64,000 nucleotides of DNA from Eubacteriales bacterium (GTDB lineage Bacteria > Bacillota > Clostridia > Oscillospirales > CAG-382), in assembly GCA_045604705.1 (NCBI GenBank), contig JAZUOO010000012.1, positions 11,429 through 75,428 on the forward strand, written 5' to 3'. The notes below the pieces were generated by a model. It saw only the letters and a list, made by a program, of their open reading frames with translations, was not told the DNA's origin and searched no databases. Positions within the stretch are counted from its first letter, which is position 1; each line of letters starts with the position of its first letter. The position numbers were made by a program, and so were the translations under genes. Shown here in pieces: positions 28,269 to 37,971 of this stretch.

Positions 28269-29705
28269 ATGAAAAAAACATATATAACATCAATGCCAAA
28301 CCATATTGGCGCATTTTTAAAAGCGAGCAAGTGCTTTTCGGCGTTAGGAATTAACATTACTCGTGTAAGTTACAATAAGGCTGTAGATTCGCATATGCTG
28401 TTTATAGATGCAGAAGGAACAGAGGAACAGCTGAAAAAAGCAGATAGTGAACTTGAAAAGATTGGTTATCTTCAAAATAATAACTCAGAAACAAGCATTG
28501 TTTTATTGGAGCTTTGTCTGAAGGATGTTCCAGGTAGTGTTACGGATGTTTTGACTATCATTAACAAATTTAACTTTAATATATCATATATAAGTTCACA
28601 AGAGAATGGAACAAATTATCAGTATTTTAAGATGGGGTTGCATGTTGATGATCCGCAAAATATATCTGAATTTTTAAAGGAAGTAGAAAAAATATGCAAA
28701 GTTAGGATGATAGACTATAACAGCTCAGAGAAGGTTTATGATAACAGTATTTTTTACAATACATATGTTATGGGCCTGGCTCAGATTATGGGTTTAACCG
28801 CTGATATAAGCAAAGAGCTGTTAGTACATGTAAATCTTGCTATGCAGACTTTGGACGAACAGGGTTTGTCGCCATATCGCACCTTTGATAGTATCAGCAA
28901 GTTTGCAGAACTGCTTGGTGCTTCAAAAGGAAGGAATTTTTCTCCACGTATAACCAAACACAAAATTACTGAAAAAACCGAGATAATATTGATAGAACCT
29001 CCTTGCGGAAGTAATACAATCATTATAAACAGCGACAGAAAATATTTGTTTATAGACAGCGGTTATGCTTGCTATAAAGAAGAAATGCTAAGCGTATTTA
29101 AAGAGATTATACCTGAATTTGATGAAATTAAAAAAACAATACTTATAACGCATGCCGATGTTGACCATTGCGGACTATTGCCACTGTTTGATGAGGTTAT
29201 TGCAAGTCATAAAACCGCAATGTGCTTAAACAAAGAACATGATGGAAAAAATGGATACAGGGAGGAAAATGCCCTGCATAAGCCTTATATTAATATTTGT
29301 AAATTACTCACCTCATACAAAACTGTAAATCCTGACAAGGTTACAATATTGTGGGATGATGTGGAAAATCCAGAAGAACCTCTTACTCAAATTGGTTTTT
29401 TCGATTTCGGAGAACTCCATTTTGAAGTGTATGAGGGGCAAGGCGGACATCTTCCCGGAGAAATAGTTCTTATTGACTATCGAAATCATATTGCAATTAC
29501 CGGGGATATTTATATTAATGTTCACGGATTAACACAGGAACAGGCAGAATACAACCAATATGCTCCTATACTTATGACATCTGTTGATACCAATTCTGAG
29601 CTTTGCGCAGAAGAACGAAAGGCAATAATGCAGAGATTGGGTGTAGGAAAATGGCAAATTTATGGGGCGCATGGATTTAAAAAGGACTATACAGTTAATG
29701 TATGA
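28269..29705 (+). CDS. ACT-ACT-MBL fusion protein (two ACT-like domains plus a metallo-beta-lactamase-fold domain)
   Basis: N-terminal PNHIGAFLKASKCFSALGINITRV and LKDVPGSVTDVLTIINKFNFNISYI (ACT-like). C-terminal LFIDSGY..., ILITHADVDHCG, GHLPGE, TGD (MBL fold). Confidence 0.7.
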   Translation: MKKTYITSMPNHIGAFLKASKCFSALGINITRVSYNKAVDSHMLFIDAEGTEEQLKKADSELEKIGYLQNNNSETSIVLLELCLKDVPGSVTDVLTIINKFNFNISYISSQENGTNYQYFKMGLHVDDPQNISEFLKEVEKICKVRMIDYNSSEKVYDNSIFYNTYVMGLAQIMGLTADISKELLVHVNLAMQTLDEQGLSPYRTFDSISKFAELLGASKGRNFSPRITKHKITEKTEIILIEPPCGSNTIIINSDRKYLFIDSGYACYKEEMLSVFKEIIPEFDEIKKTILITHADVDHCGLLPLFDEVIASHKTAMCLNKEHDGKNGYREENALHKPYINICKLLTSYKTVNPDKVTILWDDVENPEEPLTQIGFFDFGELHFEVYEGQGGHLPGEIVLIDYRNHIAITGDIYINVHGLTQEQAEYNQYAPILMTSVDTNSELCAEERKAIMQRLGVGKWQIYGAHGFKKDYTVNV

Positions 29706-29746
29706 TTTTGCTGCTCTGCTTAACACGAGCCTGATGCTAAAAACAT

Positions 29747-29773
29747 TGGCATCTAGATTATACAGTCTTTATA
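29747..29773 (+). repeat. 27-bp direct repeat, left copy (TGGCATCTAGATTATACAGTCTTTATA)
   Basis: 26/27 identical to 30701-30727. Confidence 0.85.
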
Positions 29774-29857
29774 TAAGGAATATCGAATTTTGGCGAAATC
29801 AAAAGCCTCCCCTGTGTAAGGGGAGGTGGGTTGCGTAGCAACTCGGAGGGGTTGTAA

Positions 29858-30226
29858 ATGGATAGAAAATATAATAGTAAAATAGTTCCATTGGCAAGGG
29901 AACTTAGAAAAAATATGACAAAAGAAGAAAGACATCTATGGTATGATTTTTTGAGAGAATATCCTGAAAAATTCACCAGACAAAAAGTGTTGGGAAAATA
30001 CATAACAGATTTTTATTGTGCAAAGGCAAATATTGTTATAGAATTAGATGGCTCTCAGCATTATGAAGATGAAGGTCTTATCAATGATGAAAAGAGAACC
30101 GAGTATTTAGAGCAATATGGTATAAAAGTTATCAGAATATCAAATTTAGATGTCTTGAAAAATTTTGAGGGAGTATGTCAGTATATTGATAATGTGGTCA
30201 AACAATCCCTCAGTCAGCTACGCTGA
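29858..30226 (+). CDS. DUF559 (Vsr-like endonuclease fold) domain protein
   Basis: ARELRKNMTKEERHLWYDFL..., DFYCAKANIVIELDGSQH, RTEYLEQYGIKVIRISN. 122 aa. Confidence 0.8.
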   Translation: MDRKYNSKIVPLARELRKNMTKEERHLWYDFLREYPEKFTRQKVLGKYITDFYCAKANIVIELDGSQHYEDEGLINDEKRTEYLEQYGIKVIRISNLDVLKNFEGVCQYIDNVVKQSLSQLR

Positions 30227-30269
30227 CAGCTCCCTTTACACAAGGGAGCCTTTGAGAGGAAGTGGGATT

Positions 30270-30659
30270 TTGAAAGATAAGGAAATAATTATTAACGAAG
30301 ATACTTTCGTAATGTGTGGAGAACCCTCTCCAAATTTAACGATTGAGAAAGCTAACCAAATATTTAATGAAATTGAAACAGAAAAGGATATTGCTGATTT
30401 ATTTGCCATTGTTGAGAATAAAGCGTGGTGGATAGAAGATGAAGAATATGATTTTGAAGAAGGAACAGAGGAACACCGAGAGGCTGTAGAAAGAACAGAT
30501 ATGTGGTTTGCCTTATCAGATAGATTAAGAAATATGATTTTTGATATTCTTAAACACGAGGGTGTTGAAATACCGGACAAAGGACAAATTGTTGTTTTAG
30601 AACCGTTTATGAAAAGAAATGGTTTTATCGATGGAAACGGATGGTGGATAAAGGAATGA
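30270..30659 (+). CDS. hypothetical acidic protein (start uncertain: TTG 30270 or ATG 30312)
   Basis: Open frame with GAGGAAG before TTG 30270. No recognisable motif. The N-terminal part of the track ORF overlaps the DUF559 3' end. Confidence 0.35.
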   Translation: MKDKEIIINEDTFVMCGEPSPNLTIEKANQIFNEIETEKDIADLFAIVENKAWWIEDEEYDFEEGTEEHREAVERTDMWFALSDRLRNMIFDILKHEGVEIPDKGQIVVLEPFMKRNGFIDGNGWWIKE

Positions 30660-30700
30660 TTTTTATTCCTAACCGGATATGAACATCTAATCAAAAAGAC

Positions 30701-30737
30701 TGGCATCCAGATTATACAGTCTTTATAGTAAGAGTGT
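30701..30737 (+). repeat. 27-bp direct repeat, right copy, plus a partial copy of the 28227 motif
   Basis: TGGCATCCAGATTATACAGTCTTTATA followed by GTAAGAGTGT. Confidence 0.85.
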
Positions 30738-30846
30738 AAGAAAAAGTTAGGAATAAAAAATAGACAAAACAATTTGTGTGGTATAATTTTAGTAAAAGAA
30801 TTTGAATTCAAATGATATGATATAAACTATTTTTTGAGGTGATTTT

Positions 30847-31131
30847 ATGGCAATTCCATTTTACTGGGCAAATTACAAATGGTCTGATAAGGCCACTTCT
30901 TTAAGTAAGATATTTTCATTTATAACAATGTTTGGTGGAGCATTCGGCATAATTTTCTTAGCATTAGGTATAATGGATACAGATATAGGGGTGTTGTTAA
31001 TTGGCCTATTATTACTGTGCTCTATTATATTGTTAAATATATATTCATCAAAAATATTACAGAAAGTTGCTAAATTGATATTGAAAGAAAAATTGCTAAA
31101 GATATTAAATTTGCTACTATGTGTTTTTTAG
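30847..31131 (+). CDS. small hypothetical membrane protein
   Basis: 94 aa, two hydrophobic helices. GAGGTG RBS 5 nt upstream. Confidence 0.4.
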   Translation: MAIPFYWANYKWSDKATSLSKIFSFITMFGGAFGIIFLALGIMDTDIGVLLIGLLLLCSIILLNIYSSKILQKVAKLILKEKLLKILNLLLCVF

Positions 31132-31298
31132 AATATCCCACTACATTATCTTACATTTTGAAATTAAATCCTAATTTTGAACAGGCATACAAAAATATAT
31201 TAAATGAGCAGTGGTATTGCAGTAAATGTAGAAGTTGGAATTCTGTTGAGCGTAATATATGCGATTGTGGTGCAATCAATAACATAATTAACAAATAA
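31119..31298 (+). CDS. possible 59-aa zinc-ribbon protein (below the ORF-track cutoff), overlapping the previous ORF by 13 nt
   Basis: Hand translation MCFLEYPTTLSYILKLNPNFEQAYKNILNEQWYCSKCRSWNSVERNICDCGAINNIINK. Contains a CxxC...CxC pattern. Confidence 0.3.
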   Translation: MCFLEYPTTLSYILKLNPNFEQAYKNILNEQWYCSKCRSWNSVERNICDCGAINNIINK

Positions 31299-31400
31299 TT
31301 TTTGGTTTCAACTTTATATGAACTATTACTAAATAATACTGGCACCTAAACCTTATATACCTTATGCAATAAGTTTTTTATTAAAACAGAGGCAAAATTA

Positions 31401-34058
31401 ATGAAATACAAAAGAATTCTAATTTTCGTTGTTATTATATCATTGTTGCTTGATTTGATTTGTTTTGCAGTTTTTTCATCTGAGAACAATATTACAGCAG
31501 ATAAAGTTGTTCATAATATATCGCCCGGACTTAAATATATAAAAACAGTCGAAGTTTGCGAGGGGATAAGACAAGAAGTTTTTTCTTTTGAGTATACACC
31601 GCAAAGCGATACATCGATCAAAGCAGCATACGGTCAGTACATATATGGTTTTAATTCCGTTGGTGATTTGATTTCTACCTACGATGGTGAGGGTCGAATT
31701 GTCGGTGGGATCAATACCGACTTTTTCATCACCAATACCGGCGTACCGATTTCGTGCCTTGTTTCGGAAAAAGAAATAATATCATCATGTGACGGCAGAG
31801 TAGCAATAGGTTTTGACAAAAACGGATATGCTGTTATTGGAAATCCCGAAATTAAAGCAGAGTTAAAAGTTGAAAATACCGGTAGAGTAATTCCTGTAGC
31901 TCATATAAATAAAACCCCGGGGATATGGGGATTATACCTTGTTACAGAAAAATTTAATTCTACAACAAAATCATCTGTCGATAGTATTGAAATAGTTTTA
32001 AAGCCTGTTACGGAAAATGAAGATGTTGCCGATGGAACATACTCCGAAGTATTAATACAAACTGAAGAGAATGATTTAACGGCGGGTACTTTGACATATG
32101 GAGAAAACGAAGAAAGCACAGAAAATCGGCATACAACACAAAATTTCACGGATGAATTTATAGAATCAGACCTTGAAAGCAATCAGGAAAACAAATCAGA
32201 AAATGATTCTTCGAGTTTTCAAGCGAATGAGGTTGATACTAATGAAACCGATTCTGAAATAAAAAATGATGACATTTTAAAGCTAGGCGAAAATCTCAGA
32301 ACTGTCGTAACAGAAATACGTCACAATTCCATGGACAGTGAAATACCTGAAGGATGCCTTGTTGCTTGTATTCCTACGGAGAACTTTGCACACCTCTCCG
32401 ATGGTATCATGATCGGAGATGAAATAACAATAAACTTATCGTACAATTCGCATATTTTTTCTGAATGCGAGAATATATTCGGAGCTGGTACACAGATTTT
32501 AAAGGATGGCGTATTTGTTGAACAGGAAGATGAGAGTATATTTAAATTCAGGAATCCGCGAACAGCGGCAGGTATCAAAGAGGATGGCACTGTCATATTT
32601 GTGTGCGTTGACGGCAGAAATTTCGGTACGAGTGTCGGTTATACTATCAAAGAACTTGCAGAATATCTCATTTCTTTAGGTTGTGTTAATGCAGTAAACT
32701 TTGATGGCGGAGGTTCGACGACCTTTTACGCGGCGGATTTAGGTGAAGTTAATGCAGAACTGAAGAATAGTCCGAGTGATGGAAAAGAGAGACGTGTTGC
32801 GGATGGTTTGATTTTTGTAAATATGGCAGAACCTACCGGTATTGTTTCGCACTCTTCAATCTATCCCACAAACTTTTACGTTTATAATAAAAATGTATCA
32901 ATACCGTTAGACGGACATATTTTGTTTTCAGATTCAAATTATTATCCGGTTGAATCCTTTACGGATAAGTTTATTCTTTCTGTTGATGAGCAATTTGGAA
33001 AAATTGAAGACAATATTTTTACCCCATCAGGCATTCCGGGAGAAACGACAATCAATTTGCAGAATAATGACAGTATACTTGATGTTGGAAGTATTATAAT
33101 AACCGATGTTGTCGATAAAATTGATTTCACAAGCGAAAGTGATTTTCTTACACCATTTGATAACGAAATTCCGCTTTTACTTTCTGCGTCTTTGTATACA
33201 ATTCCAATTATGATAACAAATCAATGTGCAGAAATTAATGTTTTGGTCAAAGATGGCACAGACCCCGAGACCGAGTATCACATCGCCGATGAAACAGAAG
33301 CCCACATAGACGCCGAATCATTTTCCTTTATTCCATTAAAACGTGATGCTTCATATTTGATTACGGCATCGCTTGGTGGAATATCAAAAACAATTGAAAT
33401 TTTTGCGGAAAAATATCCATTCGACGATATGCATGAACATTGGGGGATGAATACAGCTTATGATATGTATAAAAGGGGTCTATTCGTAGGCGAAATAACA
33501 TTTGATGAGAAAAAGTTGTTTTATCCTGAACGGAATATGACAAGAGCAGAATTTTGTGTGGTTCTTGCCAGAATTTTTGGGTTGGAGACAGAATATATCC
33601 CTCCGATAGTTTATGAGAGCTTTAACGAAATAGTTGTGACCGACGATATTGTTAATAGCTCAGAACAAATATTACAAGACGTGCCGGATTGGGCCAAAGG
33701 AAGCGTCAATTCGTTGTATGACCTGGGTTATATAGATAGCCTTTTGAATATAAATGAAAACGGCGAAACTACATTTGATTCACAACAATTAATTACTCGT
33801 ATGGATATTATCAGGGTTTTGGGTACAATGCTTACGATGGATGAGTTGCCGGAGTTTTCTGCAGATTATATACCAATATTTAACGATTTTATTCCGGAAA
33901 ATATTAACGATATAAGGTGTTTGCAAAGCCTATACAACCATGGTATTATTAAAGGCTACGAGGACGGAACAATCAGACAGAATTCCAATCTCACACGAGC
34001 AGAAGCAGCTACTCTATTTTCAAGATTTATAAATATAGGCAAACAGCAGATTACATAA
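31401..34058 (+). CDS. phosphodiester glycosidase (DUF2233/NAGPA-like) family protein with an acidic linker and three C-terminal SLH domains
   Basis: NAVNFDGGGSTTFY motif, PRTAAGIKEDGTVIFVCVDGR. Three SLH-like units ending in MTRAEFCVVLARIF, ITRMDIIRVLG and LTRAEAATLFSRF. N-terminal signal/anchor. Confidence 0.8.
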   Translation: MKYKRILIFVVIISLLLDLICFAVFSSENNITADKVVHNISPGLKYIKTVEVCEGIRQEVFSFEYTPQSDTSIKAAYGQYIYGFNSVGDLISTYDGEGRIVGGINTDFFITNTGVPISCLVSEKEIISSCDGRVAIGFDKNGYAVIGNPEIKAELKVENTGRVIPVAHINKTPGIWGLYLVTEKFNSTTKSSVDSIEIVLKPVTENEDVADGTYSEVLIQTEENDLTAGTLTYGENEESTENRHTTQNFTDEFIESDLESNQENKSENDSSSFQANEVDTNETDSEIKNDDILKLGENLRTVVTEIRHNSMDSEIPEGCLVACIPTENFAHLSDGIMIGDEITINLSYNSHIFSECENIFGAGTQILKDGVFVEQEDESIFKFRNPRTAAGIKEDGTVIFVCVDGRNFGTSVGYTIKELAEYLISLGCVNAVNFDGGGSTTFYAADLGEVNAELKNSPSDGKERRVADGLIFVNMAEPTGIVSHSSIYPTNFYVYNKNVSIPLDGHILFSDSNYYPVESFTDKFILSVDEQFGKIEDNIFTPSGIPGETTINLQNNDSILDVGSIIITDVVDKIDFTSESDFLTPFDNEIPLLLSASLYTIPIMITNQCAEINVLVKDGTDPETEYHIADETEAHIDAESFSFIPLKRDASYLITASLGGISKTIEIFAEKYPFDDMHEHWGMNTAYDMYKRGLFVGEITFDEKKLFYPERNMTRAEFCVVLARIFGLETEYIPPIVYESFNEIVVTDDIVNSSEQILQDVPDWAKGSVNSLYDLGYIDSLLNINENGETTFDSQQLITRMDIIRVLGTMLTMDELPEFSADYIPIFNDFIPENINDIRCLQSLYNHGIIKGYEDGTIRQNSNLTRAEAATLFSRFINIGKQQIT

Positions 34059-34119
34059 TTTTAAGTATATATCTGAATAAATAACATAACACCGCCAATA
34101 ATATTATTGGGGTGTTTTT

Positions 34120-34347
34120 GTGTTAATGTATTTACTTTGGCTCATAATTTGTTACTGTTTATTCTACAGATCACTAATTTTATCCGTTAATCTTGATATT
34201 GAATCTGCCTCGGCTTCGTTTGTATGTGCTGTTATTGCAATGTTTGGAGTACGTCCGTTTATTCAAATCGTTATTTTTTTTACCGTGCATTTAATTATCA
34301 GTATCTTGAATTTGATTCTTGATCTTGTATATGGTCAAAAGAATTAA
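34120..34347 (+). CDS. small hypothetical membrane protein
   Basis: 75 aa, hydrophobic, no motif. Weak support. Confidence 0.25.
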   Translation: MLMYLLWLIICYCLFYRSLILSVNLDIESASASFVCAVIAMFGVRPFIQIVIFFTVHLIISILNLILDLVYGQKN

Positions 34348-35021
34348 AACCTTGTACGTAATTTCTCTATTGCACTTTTTTCCAGTCTTGAAACATAACT
34401 TCTGGATATTCCAAGTTTACTTGCGATTTCTCTTTGTGTAATCGGCTTTTTGCCGCCAAGACCGTATCTTAATACTATTATCTCCTTTTCCCTGTCATCC
34501 AAAAGCTCATTTACGGCTTTGATTGCTTTTCTGCTATTGATCTTGAATTCTATTTCTTCCAGGATATTATCTTCGCAACTGATTATATCCATATATGTTA
34601 GAGGATTGCCATCTTTATCGGTATCAACTGCATCCGATAAAAGTGTTTCGGCGGAGAGTTTTTTTTGCGATCTGAAGTACATTAATATTTCATTCTGTAG
34701 ACATTTTCCTGCATATGTAGCAAATACTGTACCGCTGTCGGGATTATACGAGTCGATCGCCTTTATTAACCCTATTGAACCGACCGAAATCAAATCGTCT
34801 TGTTCGAAGCCTGACGAGGAATACTTTTTTGCTATGTGTGCAACAAGTCTAAGATTATGTTCTATGAGCTTTGTTCTGGCATTTATATCTCCGTTTTTTG
34901 TGCGTTTAAAATATTCTTTTTCTTCTTCTTTGGAGAGTGGGGGAGGAAATGCTGAATTTGATGAGATTTTCAAAAAAAGACAGTATGCTCCAAGTGTTAT
35001 GATCGAAGCGGTAAATAACAT
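34344..35021 (-). CDS. sigK: sporulation sigma factor SigK (pro-sigma-K), uninterrupted
   Basis: NSAFPPPLSKEEEKEYF pro-sequence junction. LIEHNLRLVAHIAKKY is identical in core to B. subtilis SigK region 2. GLIKAIDSY, DREKEIIVLRYGL, TQREIASKLGISRSYVSRLEK. Confidence 0.85.
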   Translation of the reverse strand: MLFTASIITLGAYCLFLKISSNSAFPPPLSKEEEKEYFKRTKNGDINARTKLIEHNLRLVAHIAKKYSSSGFEQDDLISVGSIGLIKAIDSYNPDSGTVFATYAGKCLQNEILMYFRSQKKLSAETLLSDAVDTDKDGNPLTYMDIISCEDNILEEIEFKINSRKAIKAVNELLDDREKEIIVLRYGLGGKKPITQREIASKLGISRSYVSRLEKSAIEKLRTRF

Positions 35022-35306
35022 AAAGCCTCCGAAATTGGTATTATATAGTTTATTTTATGTAGCAAATTAGGATAATATTATTATTTTGTTTGTATGTTTT
35101 ATACGAAAATATAATGTAAAATAACGAAAAATATAATTATATGATATTGCATTAAAGTGAAATATGTGATATAATATAGTAATTAATCATCAGTTCCATT
35201 GATTTTGTATTTTATGCTTTTGACAAATACTGAATTTCAAACAACGGAGGTGGGAGGATTGACATCGCTGAACAAAACAAATATCAATAAAGGTACGAAA
35301 TTTATT

Positions 35307-36032
35307 ATGGGTAAAAAGGTTACTGTTAAAGTAACGGGTACATACAGAGTCGTCGGCGAGGATAAAAGAAGACACACTGTCAATTGCGGTATGATTTGTA
35401 CAGAAAACAATAACCCTGAGCGAAATGCATATGTTGTTGGTGTGGAAAGACCTCTCACAGAATATACAGGTGAAATTATTGCAGTAGTAAAGAATCGGGA
35501 AACAAGAAAGGATTCATGGGTTATTGCACCCGGAGGATATATTCTTTACGAACCGGCTCTTGTCAAGCTTCTTGAACAGTTTGTTGATAAACAGATTTGC
35601 TCTTTTATCTGTCTTTACGAAAAAAGCTGTGGTGCAGTTTTATATACCGAGGAATTTGATGTGAGAAAATTTCTTCTTATCAAGAATATGTCCGGACACA
35701 TCGGATTCCCGAAAGGTCATGTGGAATTCGGGGAATCTGAGAAAGTTACAGCCGAACGTGAGATATGGGAAGAAACCGGAGTTCACACTTCCGTTATTCA
35801 CGGATTCAGAGAGTTTTATAATTATTCCGTAAACAGCTTTGTAAAAAAACAGGCAGTATATTTTGTCGCTCCATTTTCAACCGATGAGATAGAAATGAAT
35901 ATTCGTGAAATTTCCGAATATCTGCTTGTTACACTTGACGAAGGTATGAAGGTTCTCAACTATCCCCATGACAGATCGATTTTATCAAAAGCAGATAAGT
36001 TCATTTCACAAATTCAGGGACATTCAAATTAA
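35307..36032 (+). CDS. Nudix hydrolase (Ap4A-hydrolase/NUDT2-like) with an uncharacterised ~120-aa N-terminal domain
   Basis: Nudix box GFPKGHVEFGESEKVTAEREIWEETGV. Start ambiguous (ATG 35307, TTG 35259, or track start 35199). Confidence 0.7.
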   Translation: MGKKVTVKVTGTYRVVGEDKRRHTVNCGMICTENNNPERNAYVVGVERPLTEYTGEIIAVVKNRETRKDSWVIAPGGYILYEPALVKLLEQFVDKQICSFICLYEKSCGAVLYTEEFDVRKFLLIKNMSGHIGFPKGHVEFGESEKVTAEREIWEETGVHTSVIHGFREFYNYSVNSFVKKQAVYFVAPFSTDEIEMNIREISEYLLVTLDEGMKVLNYPHDRSILSKADKFISQIQGHSN

Positions 36033-36044
36033 TTAGTTTTAAAT

Positions 36045-36082
36045 GTGGTTATTGTGTTTATTTGCAATAATCACTTTTCTTT
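36045..36082 (+). terminator. intrinsic terminator after the Nudix gene
   Basis: GTGGTTATTG-loop-CAATAATCAC followed by TTTTCTTT. Confidence 0.65.
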
Positions 36083-36173
36083 AAAAATACACAAAATCAA
36101 TATAGATTTATCCAATAATATGTTGTATAATAATGTATTAAATAATTATGTTATTTAGCGAAAGGAACAGTAA

Positions 36174-36977
36174 ATGAAAATATCTGTTATTGGCACGGGA
36201 AATATGGCTCTTGCTATTATAGGAGCGGTTAAAAGATCGGGAAGAATGCCTACTGAAATTTTCTGTACTTTTGATAAATTTGAATTACAACTTCAAAAAG
36301 CCGTACAGCTCGGTGCTTGTAAGGCAAAATCACTCAAGGATGCCCTGGATGAAGCAGACTTTGTATTGCTTTCCGTAAAGCCGCAGGATCTTGACGAAGT
36401 AATTGAAAGTATAAAAAAAGATTGTGGTGATTATCAGAGAAAAATCTACGTAACAATATGTGCCGGCGTTTCCTCTGATTATATTTGTAATGCTTTCGGA
36501 AGTAAAGTTCCGGTAATAAGAGTTATGCCCAATGCCCCTTTGATGATTGGTGCGGGTGCAACTGCGATAACAAGAAATGAGCTTGTAAACGATAAGGATT
36601 ATTCAAAAATATGCGGTATCTTTTCTCTCGGCGGTGAGGTATCGTCCATTCCTGAGTCTCAGATGAACGCAATCATCTCTGTAAACTCTTCGAGCCCAGC
36701 ATATTTTTACGAAATAATCAGAATAATGATGGAATATGCAAGGACACAGGGAATTGACGATAGAGTTGCACAAAGTATGGCTCAGAACGCAATGTACGGT
36801 GCTGCGAAAATGCTCATGAGTTCCGATAAGACTCCTGAGGAACAAATTGCCGTTGTCAAATCAAAAAAAGGTACAACCGAGGCTGCACTTGATAGTCTTA
36901 AAAATAATGAACTTGAAAGAATTTTCTTTGAAGCTATGAGTGCCTGTACCAAGAGAGCAGAGGAACTCGGTAAATAA
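36174..36977 (+). CDS. proC: pyrroline-5-carboxylate reductase
   Basis: ISVIGTGNMA Rossmann motif, VMPNAPLMIGAGATAI, SSPAYFYE, KKGTTEAAL. Confidence 0.9.
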   Translation: MKISVIGTGNMALAIIGAVKRSGRMPTEIFCTFDKFELQLQKAVQLGACKAKSLKDALDEADFVLLSVKPQDLDEVIESIKKDCGDYQRKIYVTICAGVSSDYICNAFGSKVPVIRVMPNAPLMIGAGATAITRNELVNDKDYSKICGIFSLGGEVSSIPESQMNAIISVNSSSPAYFYEIIRIMMEYARTQGIDDRVAQSMAQNAMYGAAKMLMSSDKTPEEQIAVVKSKKGTTEAALDSLKNNELERIFFEAMSACTKRAEELGK

Positions 36978-36988
36978 GGAGGAGTAAG

Positions 36989-37966
36989 GTGAAAAATAAA
37001 TTTAAGCTTTTTGATATGAATAAACCCGGAAAGGGTGTTGTAAAGAGTCAGGTAAGAAAAGAGGAAAGTACCGATATTTTCGGTTTTTTTCGAGTCCTGA
37101 AAAACAGGTTTTGGAATATTTCTTCTCTTAATATGCTGTACCTTATTGTCAATTTTCCAATCATTTTCGGCTTGATATACTTATCCGGAGTATTCAATAT
37201 TGAAACCACTACACCAGCATCGCACTATTATGCAAATCTGTTTGGTATGATGCAGTATGGTCATTCCCCATATATAAGTACGTTGCTTTCTGTACTTGGA
37301 GGTGACATTACTTTATCAGTTTCTTCGACGGTATCAAATGTTTTCGGCTGTCTTACATTATTGATAATCTTCACAAACGGTATATCAAATGTCGGCGCAA
37401 CTTATGTACTTAGAAGTTTTGTTAGATCTGAACCTGTATTTTTGTTTTCCGACTTTTTTGGAGCTGTAAAAAGGAATTACAAACAGGCAATTGTTTTAGG
37501 TATTATTGATTTCTTGTTTATATACGCTCTTGTGTACGGTTCTATGATGTATTTTATAAACTCCGGTACATATATGTTTTCTATAATGTTCTTCGCCGAG
37601 ATACTTCTTCTCATTATTTATCTCACCATGAGATTTTATATGTATGTGCTTCTTGTAACATTTGATCTGGGCATTGTAAAGCTGCTGAAGAATTCTTTTA
37701 TCTTTGCAATTGTTGGCTTTAAGAGAAATATTGTTGCGTGGCTTGGAATTATTCTTGTTCTCGTAATCAACTTCTATTTCTTGTTTACAATTCCCATGTT
37801 GGGGGTAATTGCGCCATTCCTCATAATTGTTATGCTGGTTATGTTTATGGCATCTTTTGCCGCATATCCTGTTATAAAGAAATACATGATCGATCCATAT
37901 TATAAATCAGAACCAAAGGATAAAATTGCCCCGGTTGATGAACCAATATTCATCGACAGAGGCTGA
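36989..37966 (+). CDS. YesL/DUF624-family integral membrane protein
   Basis: GTG start 6 nt after GGAGG. N-terminal FFRVLKNRFWNISSLNMLYLIVNFPIIFG pattern and about 6 TM helices. Confidence 0.55.
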   Translation: MKNKFKLFDMNKPGKGVVKSQVRKEESTDIFGFFRVLKNRFWNISSLNMLYLIVNFPIIFGLIYLSGVFNIETTTPASHYYANLFGMMQYGHSPYISTLLSVLGGDITLSVSSTVSNVFGCLTLLIIFTNGISNVGATYVLRSFVRSEPVFLFSDFFGAVKRNYKQAIVLGIIDFLFIYALVYGSMMYFINSGTYMFSIMFFAEILLLIIYLTMRFYMYVLLVTFDLGIVKLLKNSFIFAIVGFKRNIVAWLGIILVLVINFYFLFTIPMLGVIAPFLIIVMLVMFMASFAAYPVIKKYMIDPYYKSEPKDKIAPVDEPIFIDRG

Positions 37967-37971
37967 TTTGA

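Noticed and set aside
34450-35070. 206-aa ORF antisense to sigK
   Set aside because: The sigK frame has near-identity to known SigK motifs. The antisense ORF is low-complexity and Ser/Leu-rich.
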